64,000 bases of DNA, taken from the NCBI GenBank assembly GCA_964631685.1, contig CAZVZU010000001.1, forward strand, positions 1 to 64,000, written 5' to 3'. This stretch comes from an uncultured Actinomycetes bacterium (GTDB lineage Bacteria; SZUA-79; Acidulodesulfobacterales; Acidulodesulfobacteraceae). Both the position numbers and the translations under genes were made by a program. Below are positions 1-8,671 of this stretch, in pieces. Every line of letters starts with the position of its first letter. Positions within the stretch are counted from its first letter, which is position 1. The notes under the pieces were generated by a model. The model did no database searches and was not told the DNA's origin. It worked only from the letters and a program-made list of their open reading frames with translations.

Positions 1-113
1 GTATCGCGCTTTTGGGTGAGCTTTGGATGGCGGCGCAAACAATACTTAATGTTAGCGGTCATTAATAAAAAATAAAAAGTTATAAAGTCGATAATGAAAG
101 ATTAGAGAGGCGG

Positions 114-166
<53 letters not shown>

Positions 167-277
167 GGACAAAATAATGAGATTTTTATCAATATTAATA
201 AAATTTACAGAAAAGCTAACCCTAAATGCGGTATTTTGCACTTACACTTAATTGATTTGTAGCTTTTAATTTTACGG

Positions 278-2611
278 GTGTTTGTAATGAATTTTCACGG
301 CGTAATTAAATCGAAAACTTTTTTATTCGGTGTCATCGTTCTTTTTGCATATATTTTTATATCTGCAATGACATATAACCTGGTTATCTTAAAGATGACC
401 AGAGATATGAGCGAGGATAACGGCATTCAACAGAAATTAATTCAACTTTCGGATAATATTCGATTATCTATTGAATCGGCGCAGGATGTGGTCCTTTTTA
501 CTAAAGAAAATAATGAAACAAAGGTTAAAATATTTATTCTAAAGTTAAGTACGCTGATAGGCCTGGTAAATAAAGGGTTTTTGGGGTTCAATAATGGGCT
601 TAAAGGCTTTCCTTCTTTAGAGAAAATCGTTCTTCCCTATGAAAACAATGTACATCATAAGTGGGAAAATGTTATAATTCCTACCATTACCCCGCTTATT
701 CATTACCACAAAATCGCAGAAAAAAAGATTTTTATAGATCCCAAGCTTGTCACTATGTATGAATCCGTTCCATATTATACTGCATCTCAACCAGGGTTTG
801 GCCGCAAAATACAGAATATGCTAAACAATTACCGCCTTTTAACCATGATAATTTTTATTACCGGTTTTCTGCTGTTTCTTGCAATCTTACTACTATTTTT
901 GGTCAGTTTTTATTACAAAGAACTAAGAATAGAGCGGAGCAAGAAAAAGTATAGGATGCTTTTTGATTCTATTAACGATATTGTTTTTGTAGTGCAATAT
1001 ACCAAAGAAGGCTCTCCTATGTCCTTTATTGATGTCAATAACACCGCGCTTAAAGTGTTCGGCTATGATAAAGACGATTTTCTTAAGTTGTTTCCGTTGA
1101 GTATAATACATAAAACCGGTCATGCCGCAATGGAAAAGCATTTCAAGGAATTGATCCTGAAAGGACATCTAACCTATGAGACTAGTTATGTTACAAAAAG
1201 TGGAAACGTTATACAGGTGGAGGCGGCCGATAATATTTTTGATATGGAAAAAACCAAGATAGGCGTATGTATTGCAAGGGATGTTTCTAGCAGGAAGATA
1301 TTAGAGAAAAAACTTCTTGCTTCCTATCGGGAATACGATGATCTGGTAAAATTTTTACCTATAGGGGTGTATCAAGCAACGATAGATGAAGGTGGACATT
1401 TTATCAGCGTAAACGATTATATGGTTAAGATATTTGAAGCAAGTAGTAAGGAAGAATTGATAAATGCTAGGGTAGAGGATTTATATACAAAGGCGGGATT
1501 AAGGGCTGACGTTATCAAGGATATACTAAAAAAAGAGGTGCATAGGTTTGAAGGAAAAAGAAAAACCTTAAAGGGTAGAATTATTGATGTGTTCATAGCC
1601 TGCCGCCTAAAAAAGGACGATGAAGGGAAGAGCATAATAGATTGTGTGCTTTTGGATATTACCAAAGAAAAAGGGTTACACGACAGCCTAAAAAAGAGTG
1701 AAGAACTTTTTAGGATAACCGTCAATAATATGAGTGAAGGGGTCTGTATTACCGGTAATAAAATTATATATGCCAATCCCGCGGCCGTAGAATTCTTGGG
1801 CTATTCAGAACAAGAGCTTTACGACATGTATGTCTGGGATTTATTTGACGTAAAAGATATGGATACAATAAAAACAGATATCGCAAGAAGGCTTAAGGGG
1901 GAACAATTCTATTTTGAATACACATTCCGCACACTTACTAAAAAGGGCGAGTCGAAGTATGTATTTTTCCACGTTCAGACTATTGTTTATCAGGAGCGCT
2001 TCGTCGCGCTTGTAATACTTTTTGATATAACAAACAATGTTTTATTAAAAAGACGATTAGAAAGGGAGAAAATGCGTTTTCAGAAATTGTCCGAAACAGA
2101 CCATCTCACTGGTATTTTTAATAAAAGAAAATTGGAAAATATTTTAAGTGAATATGTCAAATTGGTATTAAGATATGATAGGCCGTTATCTTTAATGATG
2201 TTTGATATAGATTATTTCAAAGAAATAAATGACGGTTATGGGCATCAAATAGGCGATAATGTTCTAATTGAGCTTACAGACCTTATAAAAGTTAATTCAA
2301 GAGAGACTGATTTTTTTGCAAGGTTTGGCGGCGAGGAGTTTGTAATATTACTACCTGAAACTAATTTAACCTACGCATCGGCAAAGGCCGAAAATTTAAG
2401 AAAATTAATTGAAAAGCATAATTTTAAATATATTCGCAGGCTAACCTGTAGTTTTGGGGTTGCAGAGTATAACGAAAAAGATGATTTAGGCCAACTAGAG
2501 ATTGGAAATGTTCATCCCGAAGATGTTGTTGCAGTTCTTATAGAAAGGGTTGACAGGGCTTTGTATAGGGCAAAGGAAAATGGAAGAAATAGGATAGAAG
2601 AAGACATTTAA
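278..2611 (+). CDS. Membrane-anchored PAS-domain diguanylate cyclase
   Basis: Two hydrophobic segments flanking a periplasmic region, three PAS/PAC-like repeats, TDHLTG, MMFDIDYFKEINDGYGH, RETD I-site and GGEEF, C-terminal ALYRAKENGRN. Start could be ATG at 287. Confidence 0.93.
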   Translation: MFVMNFHGVIKSKTFLFGVIVLFAYIFISAMTYNLVILKMTRDMSEDNGIQQKLIQLSDNIRLSIESAQDVVLFTKENNETKVKIFILKLSTLIGLVNKGFLGFNNGLKGFPSLEKIVLPYENNVHHKWENVIIPTITPLIHYHKIAEKKIFIDPKLVTMYESVPYYTASQPGFGRKIQNMLNNYRLLTMIIFITGFLLFLAILLLFLVSFYYKELRIERSKKKYRMLFDSINDIVFVVQYTKEGSPMSFIDVNNTALKVFGYDKDDFLKLFPLSIIHKTGHAAMEKHFKELILKGHLTYETSYVTKSGNVIQVEAADNIFDMEKTKIGVCIARDVSSRKILEKKLLASYREYDDLVKFLPIGVYQATIDEGGHFISVNDYMVKIFEASSKEELINARVEDLYTKAGLRADVIKDILKKEVHRFEGKRKTLKGRIIDVFIACRLKKDDEGKSIIDCVLLDITKEKGLHDSLKKSEELFRITVNNMSEGVCITGNKIIYANPAAVEFLGYSEQELYDMYVWDLFDVKDMDTIKTDIARRLKGEQFYFEYTFRTLTKKGESKYVFFHVQTIVYQERFVALVILFDITNNVLLKRRLEREKMRFQKLSETDHLTGIFNKRKLENILSEYVKLVLRYDRPLSLMMFDIDYFKEINDGYGHQIGDNVLIELTDLIKVNSRETDFFARFGGEEFVILLPETNLTYASAKAENLRKLIEKHNFKYIRRLTCSFGVAEYNEKDDLGQLEIGNVHPEDVVAVLIERVDRALYRAKENGRNRIEEDI

Positions 2612-2631
2612 ATTAGGTACGACTATTGATA

Positions 2632-3390
2632 ATGAACATATGTGTTGCGGGTGACGTTCACGGAAGGCTTGATGAATTTTATAAAAATATAAGGGATTTT
2701 GAATTAAGGCTTAAAATTAGCTTTGATGTCGTGTTGCAGGTTGGTGATCTTGGCGTATGGATAGATGCAAAAAATCATGATGGGATGACCAAGCTTCATA
2801 ACGGCACGGGGGACTTTCCGAAGTGGTACAGAGAAAAAAAAGCAGTTCCTGTTAAGACATATTTTATAAACGGCAATAACGAAGATTTTAACTTTCTTGA
2901 TGCTGTTAAATTATCAGGTGACCTTGAAGTTCTCAAGGATCTGTTTTACATACCAAACGGCACGGTCCATAAAATTAAGAGTCTTATCGTTGCGGGAGTT
3001 GGCGGAAAGTATGATCCTGAGCATTTTGGGAGCTTAAAGGCAAATAGATATTACACTAAACATGAGGTAAATAATCTCATAAATTATTGTGATGTAAACC
3101 GAGGCGATCCGGATAAACAGATAGATATTTTTATTTCACACGACGCTCCCGAGGGTGTCCTAATAGAAGATAACGATAAAAATAGATATTATCCAGAGTC
3201 TGTAGGGCTAAGGAAGCTTGTCCTGAAAATTATGCCTAGGTTGGTTTTTTTTGGGCATCATCACGGGATTTGTAGCTCAAACGTAGATAAAATACCGGTT
3301 TATGGGCTCAATGTTTTAGGTGAAAAGGGAAGTTTTATTGCCGTCAGGAAAGAGAAAAATAAATTAAAAATTTTAGGCCGTTATCCTTAA
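2632..3390 (+). CDS. Calcineurin-like metallophosphoesterase
   Basis: Motifs GDVHG, QVGDLG, GNNED, SHD, GHHH; ATG at 2632 preferred over TTG at 2626. Confidence 0.88.
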   Translation: MNICVAGDVHGRLDEFYKNIRDFELRLKISFDVVLQVGDLGVWIDAKNHDGMTKLHNGTGDFPKWYREKKAVPVKTYFINGNNEDFNFLDAVKLSGDLEVLKDLFYIPNGTVHKIKSLIVAGVGGKYDPEHFGSLKANRYYTKHEVNNLINYCDVNRGDPDKQIDIFISHDAPEGVLIEDNDKNRYYPESVGLRKLVLKIMPRLVFFGHHHGICSSNVDKIPVYGLNVLGEKGSFIAVRKEKNKLKILGRYP

Positions 3391-3498
3391 CATAGTCATG
3401 CAGACCTAAATTATCACCAAACATTCCTCCATTAGTTTGTCATCCGCTATATCTGCCTTTTCGCAAAGAATATGACGTAATTTTTATAAGAAATTTAC

Positions 3499-3526
3499 TT
3501 GACAATTTGTGGTTCAGTGGTAATAT
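3499..3526 (+). promoter_or_regulatory. Candidate sigma70 promoter (distal) upstream of nosZ
   Basis: TTGACA (3499-3504), 16 nt spacer, extended -10 TGG-TAATAT (3518-3526). Confidence 0.45.
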
Positions 3527-3593
3527 CTTATAGAGGGCGAGTGCGTAGATCCCGATTTTTCAATAATTAAACTACCGTTATTTTTTTATAAGG

Positions 3594-3636
3594 TGTGACT
3601 TTAGTCACATTACAATTTTGTTATAATTTATATAAT
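3594..3636 (+). promoter_or_regulatory. CRP/FNR-family operator with class II promoter of nosZ
   Basis: Perfect TGTGA-CTTTAG-TCACA (3594-3609). TATAAT at 3631-3636 places the site centre at about -41.5. Confidence 0.8.
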
Positions 3637-3729
3637 CGCCAGTAAGCGTTTTTGTGATTTGAGACGGTGTTTTATTTTTTTATCTAACTTTTTATTTTAT
3701 TATTAATGCCCTACTAAGGAGGGGTTATT

Positions 3730-5751
3730 ATGAACAAGAATGAAAAAGATTTGTCACAAGAAGAAGATTCACAGGTTCAAAAGGAAACCACAAGACGTGG
3801 TTTTTTATCAACAATGGGTAAAATTGCAGTAGCAGCGGGACTATTAGGAAGCGGAGCAGGAGTTGAAGCACTGTCCGGTTGTGCGAGAGAATCAACGCCA
3901 AAGTCTCGTTTATCCGCCTCTACCGCAAAAATGATTGTGCCTCCAGGCAAATGGGATAAGTATTATGGATTATGGAGCGGCGGACCGACGGGGGAGCTCA
4001 GGATATTAGGGCTTCCGTCAATGAGGGAGTTGTTAAGGATACCGGTCTTTAATACTAATACTGGGATAGGTTATGGTCCGACTGGCGATAACCATTCGGC
4101 AAAAATGCTTGAAGATGCGGGAGGATACGGATTAGGCGATGTCCATCATCCCCATTTTTCCTTTACAAAGGGAGATTTTGACGGAAGGTATGCTTATGCT
4201 CATGATAAGGCCAATGGCAGGATTGCAAGAATAAGACTGGATTACTTTATGACGGATGCGATAACCTCTATCCCGAATGTTCCCGCGGTCCATGGTTTAT
4301 ATCCTCAGAGATATCCTAAAACGGGATACGTTTTTGCTGCTTCCGAGTTTGAGACCCCGATGCCAAATGACGGTAGAGACATTGTTCCTACGGGAAATAA
4401 TGCGGCTCAGACTAAAAATTACTGGACGCTTATCTCTGCCGTTGATGGTGAGACAATGAAGGTTAAATGGCAGGTCATGGTTGACGGTAACCAAGACAAT
4501 ATGGATACCGATTACAAAGGGCTCTACTGTATGGCTACGTGCTACAACTCAAGCAAAGGATGGAATGTTCCTACAATGACAAAGCCTCCCGTTATGTGGG
4601 CGGTTTTTGTTAATATTAGCAGGGTAGAGGCCGCAGTAAAGGCAGGAAAGTATAAGACAATAGGGGATTCCCCTGTGCCGGTTCTCGACGGAAGACATGG
4701 TTCCAACCTAACTACCTATATACCCGTGGAAAAGGATCCGCACGGCATAAGTTGCACGCCGGATGGCAAATACGCTGTTGCTAACGGGAAGCTTGCACCT
4801 AAGGTAACTGTTATAGATCTTAAAAAGGTTGGTGATGTTTTTGAAGGTAAGATTAAGCCTAAAGACGCCGTCGCGGCCATATTAACGGTAGGCGTCGGTC
4901 CCTTGCACACCGTTTATGATGGTAGGGGTAATGGTTACACTACGCTTTTCGTAGATTCTCAGATGGTTAAATGGAATATTGAGGATGCTATTAAAGCATA
5001 TAATGGCGACAAAAAGGTTAAACCTATAAGGCAAAAACTTGATGTCCACTATCAGCCGGGTCACGCCGCAGCAACGCAAGAAAATACGATACATCCTACG
5101 GGCGAATGGCTTATCAGCTTGAATAAGTTTTCTAAGGATAGATTCCTTCCTGTTGGGCCTAGATTTCCGGAAAACGATCAATTAATTGATATATCGGGCA
5201 AAAAGATGGTTCTTACAGCTGATAATCCGGTTTATATAGAGCCACATCAGGCGGATATAGCGCTCGTCGATAGATTAAAATATATTAAGCAGATTTTTAA
5301 TCCAAAATATTTTGCAAATCATGTTGAGTCCGGTACTGAAAACGTTAAGCGAGTTGGTCCCCATAGGGTTATTGTTAGGTTGACCGGAGTGGCACCTATC
5401 CTAACCCCCGTTTATTTCCATTGCAAAGAGGGGGATCTTATAACTATTATCTATTCGAATAACGATACGGTTGAAAATCTTTCTCACGGATTCCTTATGA
5501 CACTTCACAATGTGAATTTGAATATAAACCCGGGAGAAACCAAGGAGATAACATTTCTCGCTGATAGGGCAGGTGTTCACTGGTATTACTGTACGATATT
5601 CTGCCATGCGCTTCATCTAGAGATGCGTGGTAGAATGATAGTGGAAAGGGTTCCTGGTTACAAGTCCAGGCCAATTCATTCAAATCGTCTCAAGGGTGAA
5701 CCGTCATGGAACGGATTATTTAAAGATTTTCCTGGGGTAGGGAAGGCATAA
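3730..5751 (+). CDS. nosZ: Nitrous-oxide reductase, clade I-type, Tat-exported
   Basis: TRRGFL Tat motif; CuZ His motifs DVHHPH, VHG, PHG, GPLH, QPGH, EPH; FSKDRFLPVGP; CuA ligands HGF...CTIFCHALHLEM; RBS AAGGAGG. Confidence 0.98.
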   Translation: MNKNEKDLSQEEDSQVQKETTRRGFLSTMGKIAVAAGLLGSGAGVEALSGCARESTPKSRLSASTAKMIVPPGKWDKYYGLWSGGPTGELRILGLPSMRELLRIPVFNTNTGIGYGPTGDNHSAKMLEDAGGYGLGDVHHPHFSFTKGDFDGRYAYAHDKANGRIARIRLDYFMTDAITSIPNVPAVHGLYPQRYPKTGYVFAASEFETPMPNDGRDIVPTGNNAAQTKNYWTLISAVDGETMKVKWQVMVDGNQDNMDTDYKGLYCMATCYNSSKGWNVPTMTKPPVMWAVFVNISRVEAAVKAGKYKTIGDSPVPVLDGRHGSNLTTYIPVEKDPHGISCTPDGKYAVANGKLAPKVTVIDLKKVGDVFEGKIKPKDAVAAILTVGVGPLHTVYDGRGNGYTTLFVDSQMVKWNIEDAIKAYNGDKKVKPIRQKLDVHYQPGHAAATQENTIHPTGEWLISLNKFSKDRFLPVGPRFPENDQLIDISGKKMVLTADNPVYIEPHQADIALVDRLKYIKQIFNPKYFANHVESGTENVKRVGPHRVIVRLTGVAPILTPVYFHCKEGDLITIIYSNNDTVENLSHGFLMTLHNVNLNINPGETKEITFLADRAGVHWYYCTIFCHALHLEMRGRMIVERVPGYKSRPIHSNRLKGEPSWNGLFKDFPGVGKA

Positions 5752-5808
5752 CGATACAACTATAATCGTTCTATCCGAGAGTCGAATAGAACATACACTG
5801 TAGGCTTT

Positions 5809-5847
5809 TTTCCCCTCTTTGTTGTGTAAAAGAGGGGAAAGTCTTTT
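5809..5847 (+). terminator. Stem-loop after nosZ (terminator or mRNA-stabilising hairpin)
   Basis: TTCCCCTCTTT-N8-AAAGAGGGGAA followed by AGTCTTTT. Confidence 0.7.
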
Positions 5848-5894
5848 ATTGTTAAGGCCACAGAACAATACGAATATAGAGGAGGCAATGGTCG

Positions 5895-6461
5895 ATGTTC
5901 AGTAAAAAGGTTTTTTTCCCCGTATTGATATTTATGTTCTTATCCTTATCCATATTTTTGGCAGGATGTTCGTCGAATAAAACTAGGTTGCCATTACCTA
6001 GAAAGGTGCTTTCATCTACTACTTCGCAGCTTTGCGGAATGTTTCTAAAGCAATATCCGGGGCCGGAGGCTCAAATGATTTATAAAAACGGCAGGACATA
6101 TTTTTTTTGTGATACAGTGGAATTGTTTCAATGGATGCATCTAAAAGATATTGCGGATAGGGGAGTGCCGCTTGCCATATATGTTCAGGACATGACCAAT
6201 AATTCGTGGAATCATCCTGAAGATCATTTCATAAATGCTAAAAAGGCTTATTATGTCATAGGCTCTAAAAGGATGGGTTGTATGGGAGTAACATTTGCGT
6301 CGTTTTCAAGCAAAGAAGCAGCTAATAAGTTTATTGTAAAATTTGGCGGAAAAGTATACAAATTCAATGAAATTACAGGTAAAATAGTTAATAAAACGGC
6401 GAATTCCGCAAATATGAAAACGATGAAAATGAAAAAAATGAAATTTAAGAATTTAGGATAG
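5895..6461 (+). CDS. nosL: Copper chaperone lipoprotein NosL
   Basis: Lipobox LAGC; LCGM...YPGPEAQ, FFCD, IYVQDM, AYYVIGS, MG..FASFS motifs; follows nosZ. Confidence 0.93.
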   Translation: MFSKKVFFPVLIFMFLSLSIFLAGCSSNKTRLPLPRKVLSSTTSQLCGMFLKQYPGPEAQMIYKNGRTYFFCDTVELFQWMHLKDIADRGVPLAIYVQDMTNNSWNHPEDHFINAKKAYYVIGSKRMGCMGVTFASFSSKEAANKFIVKFGGKVYKFNEITGKIVNKTANSANMKTMKMKKMKFKNLG

Positions 6462-6577
6462 ACTCATAAAAAGCGCAGTAAATATCATTTCTGATGTTAT
6501 AAAATTAACATGTATATTATATATGCCATATGTATGCACTAATGTATATATTGGTAAAAGGGTGGATTATCTAAATT

Positions 6578-8659
6578 ATGGGAAAGCACAAATTTTTTTA
6601 TATTTTTTATATATTTACAATAGCGTTAGTCATGTCTTTTGTATTTAATTCCGCTTTGGCATTTGGAAGTACGAATACTACTTTGGCTAATTCTTCGGAC
6701 TACTATCATGACGCCCTAAAAGGCGCTTCTGTATTTAAACTTAGTAAGATAAAAGGAACTCCCGTTGTATACGGCTATAACAAAAATAATAAATTTCTAG
6801 GCTATATCTTTCTTTCTACCGATTTAGTCAATATAGAGAGTTATTCAGGTCTGCCCTTAACATCCCTGATATCTATCAATAAAAAGGGGATAATACAAGG
6901 GGTAAGGGTCGTGCATTGCGACGATCCTATATTTCTAATAGGAATCCCTATAAGCAAGCTCTATTCGTTTACAGACCAGTATATCGGTAAGAATATAAGA
7001 AGCAATATCTACATAGGCGGTAAAGGCAAGGATCATGTGTCTGCTATAGCAAGCGCAAGCGTTACCACCGTGGCGATGGATCAGACTATCCTCATGGCAT
7101 CTAGGAAATTTGCCTCAAAATTGGGTATTATGAAGTCGATTGCCAAGGTAAAATATAAATTAAAAGATAATTACAGTCCGGCAAACTGGAGTGAGTTAAG
7201 AAGGGACGGCAGTATCAAGAAGTTCACCATATCATGTTCGCAGATGGGCGAAAAGAACTGTAACGGAGAATACGAGACCGTATATTACGGTATCTTAAGT
7301 ATTCCGAATATAGGAAGAAACATTCTTGGCAATTATGAGTACGGATATATGTCAAAAAGATGGAAGAGAAAGCACGAAGCGACTATTTTTATTATTGCGA
7401 ACGGCGTATCGTCCTTTTTAGGCTCAGGTTTTGCAAGAGGCGGCGCATTTGAGAGATTTCATCTGGAACAGGGCTATAGCTCTATAATGTTTAGAGACGT
7501 AGATTTTAGCTATATATCCTCTCTAAATATAAAAGGGATTCCATATTTCAAAGAGGGAGGCATTTTTACCATTCCGCTTTCAATATTTAACCCGATACTT
7601 CCTTTTAATGTGGTATTTACCTTTCATAAACATGTTTCTCATGCTTCAATGTTAAATAAAGAGACCTTTCATACATTTTATTCACATTATCATCTGCCCA
7701 GTAAATACTATATTTCAAGTTATCGGTATGTCAAAAAGATGAGTCAGTACCAAATTGCATGGATGAAATATTTTAAGTACATCATTCCGCTTGTAATATT
7801 TTTGATAATTTTATCCTTTATTTTTATAATAAAGGATAGGGTCATAACAAAGAGATTAGCCTCAAATGGCAGGAAATGGCTAAGGCCACTTTATTATTCC
7901 GTACTATTTTTATTTGTGATATTAATCGGCTTTATAAAGCCTTCGCAACCGTCTGTTACGCATCTTTACACAATTTACGATAGTTTATTCGTAGGTTATC
8001 ATCCAACACTTTTTTTGCTTGATCCTTTAATTTTCATCCTTTTCGTATTTATATTTATTACGGCTATTATATGGGGAAGGGGTGTATTTTGCGGATGGAT
8101 TTGTCCTTTTGGAACAATACAAGAATATATCTACAGAATAAAGGAAAAAATACTACCTGAAAAACTTGTACAAAAAATATCGTTTGAGTTTAATAATAAG
8201 TTTCACTTTAAATTGGTTTATTTAAAATATGCGATATTTATAATATTAATGATTACTGCCATTGTTTCAATCGCGTGGGGTGAAAGGCTCGCAGAGGTAG
8301 AACCCTTTAAGACGGTTTTTTATCTACATTTTGAAAGACAGTGGTATTTTACAGCATATGCTATTCTTTTAATAGGTATATCGAGTTTATCTTATAGGTT
8401 TTTTTGCAAATATATGTGTCCATTGGGTGCATCATTGGGTTTACTGTCTAAATTAAAGATATTCAGTATAAAAAGATACGGAGAGTGCAAGAGCTGTAAA
8501 ATTTGTGCTAAGTCTTGTGATATTAAGGCAATTGACGATAAGGGAGCTATTAATAGGTCGGAGTGTTTTTACTGCCTAGAATGCCAGATTAATTATCACG
8601 ATGAAAAACTCTGCCCGCACCTATTGAAAATAAAAAAAGCAAATATGAAAAAAAATTAG
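6578..8659 (+). CDS. nosR: NosR/NirI-family membrane flavo-iron-sulfur protein
   Basis: Periplasmic FMN-binding-type domain, GSGFARGGAFERF, TM bundle, FCGWICPFG and FCKYMCPLG, EVEPFKT, C-terminal 2x[4Fe-4S] motifs CKSCKICAKSC and ECFYCLEC. Confidence 0.95.
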   Translation: MGKHKFFYIFYIFTIALVMSFVFNSALAFGSTNTTLANSSDYYHDALKGASVFKLSKIKGTPVVYGYNKNNKFLGYIFLSTDLVNIESYSGLPLTSLISINKKGIIQGVRVVHCDDPIFLIGIPISKLYSFTDQYIGKNIRSNIYIGGKGKDHVSAIASASVTTVAMDQTILMASRKFASKLGIMKSIAKVKYKLKDNYSPANWSELRRDGSIKKFTISCSQMGEKNCNGEYETVYYGILSIPNIGRNILGNYEYGYMSKRWKRKHEATIFIIANGVSSFLGSGFARGGAFERFHLEQGYSSIMFRDVDFSYISSLNIKGIPYFKEGGIFTIPLSIFNPILPFNVVFTFHKHVSHASMLNKETFHTFYSHYHLPSKYYISSYRYVKKMSQYQIAWMKYFKYIIPLVIFLIILSFIFIIKDRVITKRLASNGRKWLRPLYYSVLFLFVILIGFIKPSQPSVTHLYTIYDSLFVGYHPTLFLLDPLIFILFVFIFITAIIWGRGVFCGWICPFGTIQEYIYRIKEKILPEKLVQKISFEFNNKFHFKLVYLKYAIFIILMITAIVSIAWGERLAEVEPFKTVFYLHFERQWYFTAYAILLIGISSLSYRFFCKYMCPLGASLGLLSKLKIFSIKRYGECKSCKICAKSCDIKAIDDKGAINRSECFYCLECQINYHDEKLCPHLLKIKKANMKKN

Positions 8660-8671
8660 ACGATAAATTTC

